Counted from the first letter of the stretch, positions 21,348-31,319 are shown. The stretch: DNA of 64,000 nt from Candidatus Woesearchaeota archaeon (GCA_027858315.1 JAQICV010000077.1:6186-70185), one strand, 5' to 3'. The notes: generated by a model from the letters alone, not told the origin. Numbers and translations: made by a program.

Positions 21348-22250
21348 CTATTTCAAAGTTTTCTTGTACTGCTTTATTAAAAACTGAATTGTTGGTTTTA
21401 AATTGTTATTTTGAGAGTATTCTCTTAAAGAGAAGTAATACTCTTGTCTATCTTCTAAAAATATGTTAATTGGAGGATAATTATTTTTTAATAATATGTA
21501 ATTTAGTAATAATCTACCAACTCTGCCATTTCCATCTTGAAATGGATGAATATGTTCAAATTGATTATGGACTAGGGCTGCTAAGATCAGAGGTTTAAAG
21601 TTATTCTTATTCTCATTATACCAATGTATAAATTCGTCCAATTCTTCTTTTAATTGTGAGACAGGTGCTCCTTGATGAATGATATCACCTTGATTATTTT
21701 TTATTACAACTTCAACATCCCTTAACTTCCCTGCAAATCCTTTTGAACCTTTAAAACAAATTTCATGTAATTTTAATATTAAATCTAAAGAAACATCATC
21801 CTTGCAAGTGTTAATGAAATCTACGGCCAATCCAACATTAATAGTTTCTAGTTCATCTTTAGTTTTAGGTAAAGTTTTCTCTTCAAGTAAATCCTTAACT
21901 TCATCTTCAAGAACAGATGAACCTTCAATTGCATTAGTATTATATACGAAATCTTCTTTAAATTTCTCAAATTCTGAATTTTGAAGATGAATTATTTTTA
22001 ACTTAGAATCATATTTATTTAATTGATTAATTTGAGAAGAAGATAAAAAAAAATTAAAGACTTCTGTTTTTAACTCTTCAATTTGTTCAAGAATTATTTG
22101 CTGTGCCCTAGATTTATTTTTTTCTAAATCTTTTGCAGATAAATTTTGTCCTAGATACCTAGAAATTTTTTTTACTTTATCATTATCTCTATAAGAATGA
22201 GATAAATAGTATTTTATATTTTTTCCAGATTTTCTTTTTTCTACAAACAT
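21348..22250 (-). CDS. Fic family protein (class II-like, with inhibitory motif)
   Basis: HPFQDGNGRVGR catalytic motif; TNAIEG inhibitory-type motif. Confidence 0.93.
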   Translation of the reverse strand: MFVEKRKSGKNIKYYLSHSYRDNDKVKKISRYLGQNLSAKDLEKNKSRAQQIILEQIEELKTEVFNFFLSSSQINQLNKYDSKLKIIHLQNSEFEKFKEDFVYNTNAIEGSSVLEDEVKDLLEEKTLPKTKDELETINVGLAVDFINTCKDDVSLDLILKLHEICFKGSKGFAGKLRDVEVVIKNNQGDIIHQGAPVSQLKEELDEFIHWYNENKNNFKPLILAALVHNQFEHIHPFQDGNGRVGRLLLNYILLKNNYPPINIFLEDRQEYYFSLREYSQNNNLKPTIQFLIKQYKKTLK

Positions 22251-22388
22251 AGTAATAATTAGGTGACTACAATTTATAAATATATCTTCTTATGTAGTCA
22301 CCTTTCTTAAAATTTAGGTTCACCTCCTACCAAAAGTCAAGAATCTAGAAAATACATAATACGGTTCGCCTCCCGCGTTTTTTAAAAG

Positions 22389-22463
22389 CCCTCCGACCGG
22401 GATTTGAACCCGGGTCCCCGGCTCGAAAGGCCGGAATGATTGGCCGGACTACACCATCGGAGG
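22389..22463 (-). tRNA. tRNA-Glu(TTC)
   Basis: Cloverleaf CCTCCGA...TCGGAGG-G, anticodon loop CTTTCGA, T-arm GGTTCAAATCC; no encoded CCA. Confidence 0.95.
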
Positions 22464-22550
22464 ATTATATAGAAATAAACCTTTTATTTGTCCGTTTGTT
22501 ATAATTAAAAGGAACTAATTTCCCTTTAAAAAGTTTTTTGTAAATTCTAG

Positions 22551-22625
22551 CGGCCCCAGGGAGATTCGAACTCCCGATCCACAGCTTAGAAGGCTGTTAT
22601 CATATCCAGGCTAGACCATAGGGCC
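22551..22625 (-). tRNA. tRNA-Arg(TCT)
   Basis: GGCCCTA...TGGGGCC-G, ACAGC-CTTCTAA-GCTGT, GTTCGAATC. Confidence 0.95.
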
Positions 22626-22736
22626 ACAATAATATTAATTAATTAAGATTGGATTATAAAGTTTATTATTTAGTTCAAGCTAAATAATGACCAAAAATCT
22701 TAAAGAAGATTTTTGATTTATTATAAAAAAACTTTA

Positions 22737-23399
22737 TTATTCAGTCTTTGTTTCAGCTTTTAATTCAGCTTTTGCTGCAGCAGCTGCTGCTGCTGCTGCT
22801 TTTTGTTCTGCTTCTTTTCTATCAATTTCTGCATTAGTTTCTAATTCTGCTTTAGTTAATTTTTTAACTTTTTGAATAGTGGAATGAGTAGTTGTTCGAA
22901 GTGTTAGTTTTGAAGAACCAACTCTTAAAGCTTCTCTTCCAAAGATCTCTTCTCCTGCAGGTAAAAATAATTCGAAAATTACTTTTCCTTTATGTACTTG
23001 ACATGCAGTACCAATAGTTTTACCAAAACTGTGTTTCATACCTGTTGAAAGCCTATCTGCTCCTGCTCCTGCAGCAAGAGGATTCTCTCTTAAAGTATGA
23101 TGAGGCACAGCTTTAATTCTAAAGTAAAAACCAGATCTACCATATTTCTTTTCAATTCTTCTTAAAACTGCAATTCTTGCAGCTTCAATTGAATTAGTTC
23201 TTACTTGTGCATCATCTTTTGAAATTAATTGCAATTTTACTGGAAAATTATCTGATTGAACTAAATTACCCATATCAAACTTAATAATCTTTTTACCAGG
23301 TCTTGCTTTAACAAAAGCTTTCTTCCTATATTTTGAAAATCTAGTGTAAGGTCTCTCTAGTTTTCTATAAGCGGTCCATTTTCTAAGCTTTGTTGCCAT
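22737..23399 (-). CDS. rpl10e: 50S ribosomal protein L10e/uL16 with Ala/Lys/Glu-rich tail
   Basis: IEAARI, RENPLAAGAGADRLSTGM..SFGK. Confidence 0.95.
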   Translation of the reverse strand: MATKLRKWTAYRKLERPYTRFSKYRKKAFVKARPGKKIIKFDMGNLVQSDNFPVKLQLISKDDAQVRTNSIEAARIAVLRRIEKKYGRSGFYFRIKAVPHHTLRENPLAAGAGADRLSTGMKHSFGKTIGTACQVHKGKVIFELFLPAGEEIFGREALRVGSSKLTLRTTTHSTIQKVKKLTKAELETNAEIDRKEAEQKAAAAAAAAAKAELKAETKTE

Positions 23400-23401
23400 T
23401 G

Positions 23402-23665
23402 TTAATTAATCTTTACAGATCCCCCAATTGCTTGACCAGGCATACCAGTAATAAAATGAACTCTAACTGCACCTTTACCACCATGAATTGCGCTAATTGT
23501 ACCAGTAATTTCTTTTTTTGCTTTTCCTTCACAAACATAAGTTACAGTTTTACCAACTAATTTCTCAGCTGTTTCTTTACTATCAGTACCTGGAACTAAA
23601 ACTATCATTTGGTTAGTTGTTTGTGTTTTTCTTCCTCTTCTATAATTCACAATAATTCCTTCCAT
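23402..23665 (-). CDS. rpl35ae: 50S ribosomal protein L35Ae/eL33
   Basis: NYRRG, HGGKGAVRVHF..GMPGQAIG. Confidence 0.93.
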   Translation of the reverse strand: MEGIIVNYRRGRKTQTTNQMIVLVPGTDSKETAEKLVGKTVTYVCEGKAKKEITGTISAIHGGKGAVRVHFITGMPGQAIGGSVKIN

Positions 23666-23666
23666 T

Positions 23667-24041
23667 TTAGTCCCTCGTTTTAATAATTAAATCATTACCT
23701 TTTTTAGTTAAAACTTTTCCAGCTTTAGGTAAAGCTACTTGTTTGATTAAACCAGCACTTTCAAGTTGTTGTAAAACTTTTCTTACAATGTTTCTTGAAC
23801 CATCAAATTTTTTCTCAGGTCTGTGACCTCTATTTTTTTTACCACCGTAAGCTTTAGCTAATGTGTTTGTTCCAATTGGACCATATTTATTAACTTTACT
23901 TAATACTGAAGCAGCTCTTACTTGCCACCATTCAGGATTTACAGGAGGTCTTTCTTTACTAACACCTGTTTTAACAAAAGCGGCCCATTCAGGAGCTACA
24001 ACTTCTTTCACATTTCTCATTTCATCAATAAGTTTATCCAT
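23667..24041 (-). CDS. rps19e: 30S ribosomal protein S19e
   Basis: PEWAAFVKTGVSKERPP, YGGKKNRG, LQQLE.AG. Confidence 0.95.
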   Translation of the reverse strand: MDKLIDEMRNVKEVVAPEWAAFVKTGVSKERPPVNPEWWQVRAASVLSKVNKYGPIGTNTLAKAYGGKKNRGHRPEKKFDGSRNIVRKVLQQLESAGLIKQVALPKAGKVLTKKGNDLIIKTRD

Positions 24042-24483
24042 TCTTTTTTACCTCCTCAGTTTCCTCTTCCTTAGTCTCAACTTCTTTAACTTCAGCGTTT
24101 TTTACTTCAGTCTTAGTCTCTTCAGTCTTTGCAGCTTTAGCAGGTTTCTCTGCTTTTTGTTCTTTTACTGCTTGAACTTCTTGAGATCTATATTTGTCAA
24201 GATGTTTATCCACACCGATTTCAATTAAGTTAACTAATGTTTTCTCAACTCCACCAATTTGTGTCTTAAGAGCAATTACACTCACTTTCCCTGGAGGATT
24301 CTTAATACCATTCTCCCATACTTTTTCGTTAAGTTCTGGACAAATGATAACTGAATCAGTTTTCATATGTTTTTGAATAAATTCTTGTAAAACACAGATA
24401 GCTTTTTTACTCCTTCTCCACTTTGGAGCAAACTTAGTTTTTCTCCTCAGTGGGACTACATATTCCCGTTTAAGCTCTGTCAT
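24034..24483 (-). CDS. rpl31e: 50S ribosomal protein L31e with acidic/Lys tail
   Basis: REYVVPLR, PKWRRSKKA, LNEKVWENGIKNPP. Confidence 0.93.
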   Translation of the reverse strand: MTELKREYVVPLRRKTKFAPKWRRSKKAICVLQEFIQKHMKTDSVIICPELNEKVWENGIKNPPGKVSVIALKTQIGGVEKTLVNLIEIGVDKHLDKYRSQEVQAVKEQKAEKPAKAAKTEETKTEVKNAEVKEVETKEEETEEVKKNG

Positions 24484-24672
24484 TTTTATTTGAAAAATAC
24501 GAATATCCTATAAATTTAGGATTTTCATACTAAAAAAGAATAAATACTGCTTTTTAAAAGTTATCATGGAAATCTATTCTGAAATCATTTATTTGTTAGG
24601 ATTTAGAATTGTTAATTTTCAACAGATTTTTAAATAAAAGAAGAGATTAAATTCTATGAGAAATGTAATAAA

Positions 24673-24840
24673 ATGGTAAAATGGTTGTGTATTCCTTGTG
24701 GATATGTATATGATGAGAATATAGGAGATATTGACAGCGGTATTGAAGCTGGAACTAAATGGAGTGATATTCCTGATAGTTGGGTCTGCCCTATCTGTGG
24801 AGTTTCCAAATCAGATAAAGATCTTTGGAAACAAGTATAA
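24673..24840 (+). CDS. Rubredoxin, 55 aa (not in ORF track)
   Basis: [19 protein letters not shown]...[17 protein letters not shown]: canonical CxxCGY / WxCPxCG. Confidence 0.93.
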   Translation: MVKWLCIPCGYVYDENIGDIDSGIEAGTKWSDIPDSWVCPICGVSKSDKDLWKQV

Positions 24841-24849
24841 ATTAAATAA

Positions 24850-26040
24850 TTAATTTTCTTCTCTAAAAGAACCCATCCCTTTAGTAATAAAAATGCCTGA
24901 AAATGCTATTGCGCTAAGGGTGTATATGGTTTCCCCAAATAATATGAAAATTCCCATGATTCCAATCGCAAACATAATTTTGGCAGTATGTAAATACCAC
25001 TCCCTTAGAATAATATATTCCATGTAATCTCCCTTTGATGCATTATTATAAAATATTGACATGAAAAGCATATTAACATGGCTTCTTACAAGTTTTCCTA
25101 AACCTTCAATTATGTATAGTGCAAATAACCCGAAGAAAATAACTAGACTCTTAAAGAACCAACTTACAGATTCAAATCTCATTATATTTGGCAATTCTTT
25201 ATCTATACCTTTTTTATCAAAATAAGATTTAGTGTAATATAAAATAATCATACTAAAAAATGAAATTGTAGTAAGTAAAATTCCCACATTAAAGAAGCTT
25301 TTACTAAGTAAAATGAACACTAGTATTGGCCAAATTCTTAGTATTAAAATTGCATCTAATCCTTCATAGATAAATGCCTTTTTAGATATTTTATTTTTTT
25401 TATTTTTAATTAATTTGTAATAATCTTTGTAAGAGAAATCATAATTTTTTATTCGAATATCCTTAGATTTTAAAAGAGGCACAAGACCAAGTAAAACAAT
25501 TGAAAATGTTAAAATTAAAAGGTACCAAAAACTAGTAAATTCTAGAATATAACCTGATATAATCGGGGCAGAAGTTCCTACAAGTGTTGTAATAATTTGT
25601 AGTGTTCCCATTTGTGAACTCCTATGTTTATTTGAGCCATTAACTGCGATTTCGCTGTGAAAAGTTGGCCAAAAAAATGACATATATAAACCAAAACTAA
25701 TCCAACTTAAATGATAATATAGTGTCGAGAGTGATAAGAAATTAAGGAATATTACATGGACTAAATAAATTGGGGTTGTGAATAATAAAGTATATTTGAA
25801 ACCTAATTTATTAATAGTTTTAACAGAAATTGGAATCATGATTAAATAAATAATCGAAGTTCCAATACTATAGAGTATAACTTCAACTAAAGAGTATCCT
25901 ATGCTGTATAAATAAACTGGTACAAAAATTCCAATTAAGCTTTTTGCAAAGGTTAAAAGCGCTTGATAAATGTATAAAGGACTCATTTTATCATGCATTG
26001 CCTTATGCAATTCAAAGTGATGATTATGATGTAGATTCAT
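24850..26040 (-). CDS. MFS transporter with His-rich N-terminus
   Basis: About 12 TMs, 'INKLGFK' loop; MNLHHNHH start. Confidence 0.75.
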   Translation of the reverse strand: MNLHHNHHFELHKAMHDKMSPLYIYQALLTFAKSLIGIFVPVYLYSIGYSLVEVILYSIGTSIIYLIMIPISVKTINKLGFKYTLLFTTPIYLVHVIFLNFLSLSTLYYHLSWISFGLYMSFFWPTFHSEIAVNGSNKHRSSQMGTLQIITTLVGTSAPIISGYILEFTSFWYLLILTFSIVLLGLVPLLKSKDIRIKNYDFSYKDYYKLIKNKKNKISKKAFIYEGLDAILILRIWPILVFILLSKSFFNVGILLTTISFFSMIILYYTKSYFDKKGIDKELPNIMRFESVSWFFKSLVIFFGLFALYIIEGLGKLVRSHVNMLFMSIFYNNASKGDYMEYIILREWYLHTAKIMFAIGIMGIFILFGETIYTLSAIAFSGIFITKGMGSFREEN

Positions 26041-26193
26041 TTTAATATAATTCTAAATAATTTATATTTTATATAAAAGTTAAGTATTACTTAAAAATAA
26101 TAATTCTTGGAAATTCTTAATCATTGTTTAGATTCATTTCATCCCAACTACATAACTCTAAGATATTTGAAAGAATAAAATAAAAATTTACTC

Positions 26194-26556
26194 TTATTTT
26201 TTTTCTAGTTCTTTAGTTAAATCTTCAATAGTCTCATCATCAAGAGTTTGCCCTAATAAAGCTTTTTCAAGAATTATCTCCCTAATCTTTGAAGTCCTTT
26301 TTAATTGATCTAAATAACTTTGAGATTCAATTAACTCATCAAAAAATTCATAAACTGCAGTTTCTAGTTCTGCTTTAGTTCCTTCTTTTTCTTTAAATTT
26401 CATATTAACAATGAAATAATCTTCTTCTTGATCTAAAAAGAAAAAAAAATCACTTAATTTTACATAAGATGCTTGTATTAGAACTTCTTTTGGATATATT
26501 TCTTTATTTATCCTAATAATTGCAGCCCAAACATTTATTTCGAAATGTGTCTTCAT
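26194..26556 (-). CDS. hxsD: His-Xaa-Ser system protein HxsD-like
   Basis: IYPKEVL..ASY, EFFDELI...TSKIREIILEKAL resembles the HxsD family; divergent from the HxsB-like gene. Confidence 0.7.
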   Translation of the reverse strand: MKTHFEINVWAAIIRINKEIYPKEVLIQASYVKLSDFFFFLDQEEDYFIVNMKFKEKEGTKAELETAVYEFFDELIESQSYLDQLKRTSKIREIILEKALLGQTLDDETIEDLTKELEKK

Positions 26557-26607
26557 AAAAATATATCTTTGATAAGATTTATAAAACTATTTTTTTCTTA
26601 TAATAAT

Positions 26608-28041
26608 ATGGCTATAAATTTCCTAAAACAAGATGGTTTAGATTATATTAGTAATTTTTATAGATATAAATTATATGATACTATGTCAGGACTTTATTTG
26701 GTAACTCTTGATGATGGAAATTTTTTATTTATTAATAAAAGTACACTACAACAATTAAAAAAAGGTAAAATTGTAGACCCTAAAATCTTTGAAATTTTAC
26801 TTCAAAAAGGTGTAATTATTACTGAGAAAAATTTTAATCAGATTGTTGAAAAAACTAAAAAAAGATATGAATTCCTTAATTCAGGAACTTCACTTCATAT
26901 TGTTATTCCCACACATAGATGTAATCTTGCTTGCGTATATTGTTTTGCATCTTCTTGTTCTATGACTGAGAAAATACAAGAAACAGATATGAGTGATGAT
27001 ACTGCATTAAAAATTGTTGAATTTATTATGAAATCACCATCAAACTCAATAACTATCGAATTTCAAGGAGGAGAACCTTTAGTTAGATTTGATATAATCA
27101 AAATTATGGTAAAACATGCCAATGAGTTAAATAAAACTTATAAAAAAGATTTACATTTTGCACTTGTCTCAAATCTAACTTTAATGAGTGATGATATTGC
27201 TGATTGGTTAATTGAAAATGATGTTACAATTTGTACTTCATTTGATGGGCCTAAAGAAGTTCATGATAAAAATAGATTTTTTTTATCAAAAAGTGGATCG
27301 GAAATTGGAACATATGAAAAAGTTGTTTACTGGGTAAAACGAATTAATGAGAAATATAAAACTCTGAATAGTAAATTACAAGTAAATGCTCTTATGACTA
27401 TAACTAAAAATTCCTTACCATTTTACAAAGAAATTATTGATGAATATGTAAAATTAGGACTTTATTCTGTAGACATTAGAGGACTTACACATGTTGGAAG
27501 AGTTGAAGAAAATGAAGATTCAATTACATATTCTCAAGAAAATTTCATTGAGTTTTATGAAAAATCCTTAAAGCATTTAGAATCTTTAAGAGAAAAAGGT
27601 ACTTTTGTTTTTGAGAGAATGCAAGAACTTTACGCAAAGAAAGTGCTTTTAAATGTCCCTGGATATCATACTGATTACGAATCTCCTTGTGGAGCTGCAA
27701 CAGGCCAAATGACATATTTTAATAATGGTGAAATTTATACATGTAATGAAGCTTTAGGTAGAGATGAATTTAACTTAGGGAATGTTTATGATGATAATTG
27801 GCAAAAAATTTTTAAAAAAAAAGAGACTTCAAAAGCAATACTTAATTCTATGATTGAGCAAAATGTTATTTGTGATAGATGTGTGTATAAACCATACTGC
27901 TCAACTTGTATGGTCGAAAATTTTTATAAAGATAAAAAATTTAACTTTTATCCAACAAAAACTGCAAATCATCATACTACAATTTATCAGTCTAAACAAA
28001 TATTCGATAAAATTCTTGAAGAATTAAAAAAACAATTCTAA
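26608..28041 (+). CDS. hxsB: Radical SAM/SPASM maturase, HxsB-like
   Basis: TSLHIVIPT.RCNLACVYC, IEFQGGEP, SPCGA..GQ...NGEIYTC.E, CDRCVYKPYC; start moved to ATG 26608 downstream of a TTTATAAA box. Confidence 0.8.
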   Translation: MAINFLKQDGLDYISNFYRYKLYDTMSGLYLVTLDDGNFLFINKSTLQQLKKGKIVDPKIFEILLQKGVIITEKNFNQIVEKTKKRYEFLNSGTSLHIVIPTHRCNLACVYCFASSCSMTEKIQETDMSDDTALKIVEFIMKSPSNSITIEFQGGEPLVRFDIIKIMVKHANELNKTYKKDLHFALVSNLTLMSDDIADWLIENDVTICTSFDGPKEVHDKNRFFLSKSGSEIGTYEKVVYWVKRINEKYKTLNSKLQVNALMTITKNSLPFYKEIIDEYVKLGLYSVDIRGLTHVGRVEENEDSITYSQENFIEFYEKSLKHLESLREKGTFVFERMQELYAKKVLLNVPGYHTDYESPCGAATGQMTYFNNGEIYTCNEALGRDEFNLGNVYDDNWQKIFKKKETSKAILNSMIEQNVICDRCVYKPYCSTCMVENFYKDKKFNFYPTKTANHHTTIYQSKQIFDKILEELKKQF

Positions 28042-28111
28042 TGTTCATCACTTTTTAATGAATAAAGTAGATATATTTATAAATCCTAAATTTTACTAAT
28101 ATATATAGAAA

Positions 28112-28885
28112 ATGAACGACGATAAAAGATTAAAAGAAGCATTTAGAAAAATCAAACAAGATATGTTTGTTCTATCCAAACAAATTGATGAAATTAAGGG
28201 AAGCAAAGTTTCTACGAAAACTGAGATAAAAACAGATTTTGATAAAAAAAAGTTTGAAAACTTTGTAAATAATGTTGAAAAAGAATTAGGAGACTTAAAT
28301 CTTTATTTGAAAGAATTTGATGATAGAATTAAACATATCTCAAAAAAAATTGAAATTTCAGATAAAGAGAGAGAAGATATAAAAAATAAATCTTTACTTA
28401 ATCAAAGTTCATCACAATCAAATAAAAGCGATATTGAATTATTTGATGAAAGGTTTGGTGAATTTTCAGAAATTTTAAATGAGAAAGTAACACTTGAAAT
28501 AAGTTCATTAAGATTAGAATTTACTGAAGAAGTTGCAAATTTATATGATAAATTTTTCAATGAGATTCTAGATTTAAAACATGAGATAACTAAAAAACAA
28601 AAAAAAGAAGAAAAATCTTCTAAAAAAGCTGAAAAAGAAACAGAAATTAAAAAAGAAACTATTAAAGAAATTCCTGCACCAGTTGAAAAATAAACAACTT
28701 TATTTAATAAAAAAAAGACAACTAAAAAAGATGAACCTTTTAAAAAAATTGAGGAGGATGAACTTTATCCTGCTCATATTGAAAAAGAGAGTAAAATGAA
28801 AAAAATTGCTAAATGGCTTTTTGTTGATGAAGAAGAAGATGAAATAGAACATATTAAATCAGAAATCAAAAAGTCTGAAAAATAA
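28112..28885 (+). pseudogene. Coiled-coil protein with in-frame TAA at 28691-28693; frame stays open to 28885
   Basis: After TAA, 63 more sense codons in the same frame (...KMKKIAKWLFVDEEEDE...). Confidence 0.6.
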
Positions 28886-28922
28886 ACATCTATTTTTAAA
28901 ATACCTTTCACAATATACTAAT

Positions 28923-29225
28923 ATGGTAAAACAAATCGAGAATATATTTAGCTTAGTTGCTCAAATAAAAGTATACTTTGGAAATGTGGGTATATATTTG
29001 AGTATTGCAAATTTTTTAATGCTTCTTGCAACATTTAAACTTGCATATGGAATTAATATCAGTGCATTTCTTTTAGTTCCAACCGGATTTATTTTAATTA
29101 TTTTTTTGGGTTGGCTTGATTATAATCTTATTTTAAAATACCAATCTCAACATTCAAATAAAAAAAATGATTTGAAACATCAATTAAATAGGATTGAAGA
29201 AAAACTAGATAAAATTTTAAAATAA
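28923..29225 (+). CDS. Small membrane protein
   Basis: 2 TMs plus a short coiled coil. Confidence 0.6.
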   Translation: MVKQIENIFSLVAQIKVYFGNVGIYLSIANFLMLLATFKLAYGINISAFLLVPTGFILIIFLGWLDYNLILKYQSQHSNKKNDLKHQLNRIEEKLDKILK

Positions 29226-29227
29226 AA

Positions 29228-29375
29228 TTACTTCTTATCAAGATGGTCTCCTTTCAACCTTTTTTCTGAGCTTTTTACTTATTGATGGCTCTCGAGTTCC
29301 GTTAACTCTTCGCCTTAAAAAGCTAAAAAAGATTGAGCAAAAAAATTACTTTTTATCCAGATGGTCTTCTTTGAA
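29228..29375. repeat. 30-bp imperfect duplication of a gene 3' end flanking an 88-bp stem-loop insert
   Basis: 29228-29257 vs 29346-29375; nested stems AGCTTTTTA/TAAAAAGCT and GAGTT/AACTC between them. Confidence 0.75.
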
Positions 29376-29579
29376 TTTAAGACCTTTGTCTATAAAACTT
29401 AAAAAAATTTGAGCATCTTCTTTTTTCATTGCAAATAGGTTTGCAAATTCTTCAATATCAAATTTATTTATTTTTAATTTTGTTAGATACTTAGCGATTT
29501 CTTCTGCTTTTTCTTTTTCAAATAAATTGTATTTCTTAACGACTTCTTCAAATAATTTTTTATGTTCATCTAAATCCAT
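29346..29579 (-). CDS. Hypothetical protein
   Basis: 77-aa ORF immediately downstream of gltX. Confidence 0.6.
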   Translation of the reverse strand: MDLDEHKKLFEEVVKKYNLFEKEKAEEIAKYLTKLKINKFDIEEFANLFAMKKEDAQIFLSFIDKGLKFKEDHLDKK

Positions 29580-29582
29580 TTT

Positions 29583-31319
29583 CTATCTGTGTGTAAAATA
29601 AAAAATATTTTTTCCTTGTTTATTTTTATGATCAAATTTAACAAAACCAAATCTTTCAAATTGAATATTTTCATTAGGTTTTAAATTATCTAAATTCTCA
29701 GTAACTCCTTTAATTAATTGATTGTCTTGCATTACAAGTTCAATATGTTGATGTTCATTATGATTTCTTGGAACAAATTGAATATTTCTTTTTGCATTTA
29801 GATTTTTATCATAATCTTTACTTAAATATTCTACAACTAATTTATCTTTAGTTTTTTCGATAATTTTAAAATTTGCAAAATGCATAAGTCTAATTATATC
29901 ACCTTCTTCTAAATTATTAAAATCTATTCCATCAATAAAATAATCATTTTTTACAGTTATTTTTCGATATCCTCTTTCTTTGAATTCTTGATGTTTTGGA
30001 AGTACAATTTCTTTATCAGGAAATTCATTAATGTTTTTAATATGAACTTCTTTAGGATTTAAAACAAATGAGTACCTGTCCGCTTCTTTTTCTAAAATTT
30101 GTTTATTAAAAAAGTTAATTTGTTTAAAATAATCTTTCTCAGACATTTTCAAATCTCTTTTAGTTATCCCTCCTGCAATAATCATATCTCTAAATGCTTT
30201 TGCTCTAAATCCTCTTTTTCTAAAAGATACTAATGTTGGAACTCTAGGGTCATCCCAACCAGAGTATATACCTGTATCAATTTTTTCTTTAATTGGAGTT
30301 TTCCCCAGTTCTAAATCTTCAAATTTAATTCTTCCAAAATGAAAATAGTTTGATTTTTTAAGACCTAGTGCATCTTTTACCATGTCTTGTCTTACTCCTC
30401 CAATTTCAGCATCTTTTCCTCTAATTACATAGTTAATATTCATAAGAGAATCGTCAATTGAGACGCATAAATTATACATTGGCCATAGTTTGTATTTTGT
30501 TCCAACTCTTGCATGAGAATTCGAATTTAATCTTGCAATTGGAAAATCTCTAAGTGCAGGATTTTTATTTTTTAAGTCTGCTTTAAATCTAATTACTGCA
30601 TCACCATCTTTATATTTTCCATTGAAAAATTTCTCATATTTTTTTTGTTGAACTTCAAGAGGTTTATCTCTGTGTGGACATGGTTCTGCAGAATCATTAT
30701 ATGCTTTGAATACATCTGCTTCACATTCACAAACATAGGCATTTTTAGTTTCAATTAATTGTCTTAAAAATTTATAGTATGTTTCTAGTCTATCGGATTG
30801 ATAGTAAATTTCATCAATACTGTCATCAGTTATCCATTTTGAGTCTTCAATAATTTTCTCATAATTATTTATGTCAATTTTTTCAGGATTAGTATCTTCA
30901 AATCTTAAAATAAATTTTCCACCATATTTTTTCTTGTATTCGTAATTAAAAACTAAATTATACAAATGACCTATATGTAAATACCCTGAAGGAGCCGGAG
31001 CAAATCTTCCAATAAATAAACCTTTATGGTCTGGCAAATCAGGTAAACCTTCTTTCTTTTCTACTTTTTCTTTTTTTTCAAGTGCTTTAGGATTTAAACT
31101 TAATAGTTTTCTTTTTTGGTCTTTATCATCCATTTCATTTACTTGTTTAACAATATTTTCAATTTCAGAAGTATAGTGTTGCATATCTTCTTTAATTTCT
31201 GGAAATTTAGGAATAACTTTCCCAAGCATTGCTTTAGGATTTGCTTTTCCGCCAAAATTAACTGCATTTTCTAATGCTTGTAGAAATACGAAATCTTCAA
31301 ATTCTTTTTCATTCATCAT
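29583..31319 (-). CDS. gltX: Glutamate--tRNA ligase (archaeal type)
   Basis: RFAPAPSGYLHIGH, RFEDTNP, YYQSDR, GWDDPR.PTL, QFERFGF. Confidence 0.95.
   Translation of the reverse strand: MMNEKEFEDFVFLQALENAVNFGGKANPKAMLGKVIPKFPEIKEDMQHYTSEIENIVKQVNEMDDKDQKRKLLSLNPKALEKKEKVEKKEGLPDLPDHKGLFIGRFAPAPSGYLHIGHLYNLVFNYEYKKKYGGKFILRFEDTNPEKIDINNYEKIIEDSKWITDDSIDEIYYQSDRLETYYKFLRQLIETKNAYVCECEADVFKAYNDSAEPCPHRDKPLEVQQKKYEKFFNGKYKDGDAVIRFKADLKNKNPALRDFPIARLNSNSHARVGTKYKLWPMYNLCVSIDDSLMNINYVIRGKDAEIGGVRQDMVKDALGLKKSNYFHFGRIKFEDLELGKTPIKEKIDTGIYSGWDDPRVPTLVSFRKRGFRAKAFRDMIIAGGITKRDLKMSEKDYFKQINFFNKQILEKEADRYSFVLNPKEVHIKNINEFPDKEIVLPKHQEFKERGYRKITVKNDYFIDGIDFNNLEEGDIIRLMHFANFKIIEKTKDKLVVEYLSKDYDKNLNAKRNIQFVPRNHNEHQHIELVMQDNQLIKGVTENLDNLKPNENIQFERFGFVKFDHKNKQGKNIFYFTHR

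Larger units (their letters stand above)
21191..22402. mobile_element. Small integrated cassette/remnant at tRNA-Glu carrying a Fic gene
   Basis: Bounded by the 17-bp tRNA direct repeat; internal palindromic sites at both ends of fic; no integrase present. Confidence 0.6.

Noticed and set aside
22361-22380. GC-rich ACGGTTCGCCTCCCGCG as a tRNA fragment
   Set aside because: Resembles a T-arm but has no pairing partner or remaining cloverleaf; cannot be supported.
22770-22800. GCT/GCA trinucleotide run
   Set aside because: Encodes the poly-Ala of the low-complexity L10e tail; not an independent repeat element.
25981-26040. His-rich MFS N-terminus as the HxsA precursor
   Set aside because: MNLHHNHHFELHKAMH has no His-Xaa-Ser repeats and is part of a transporter.
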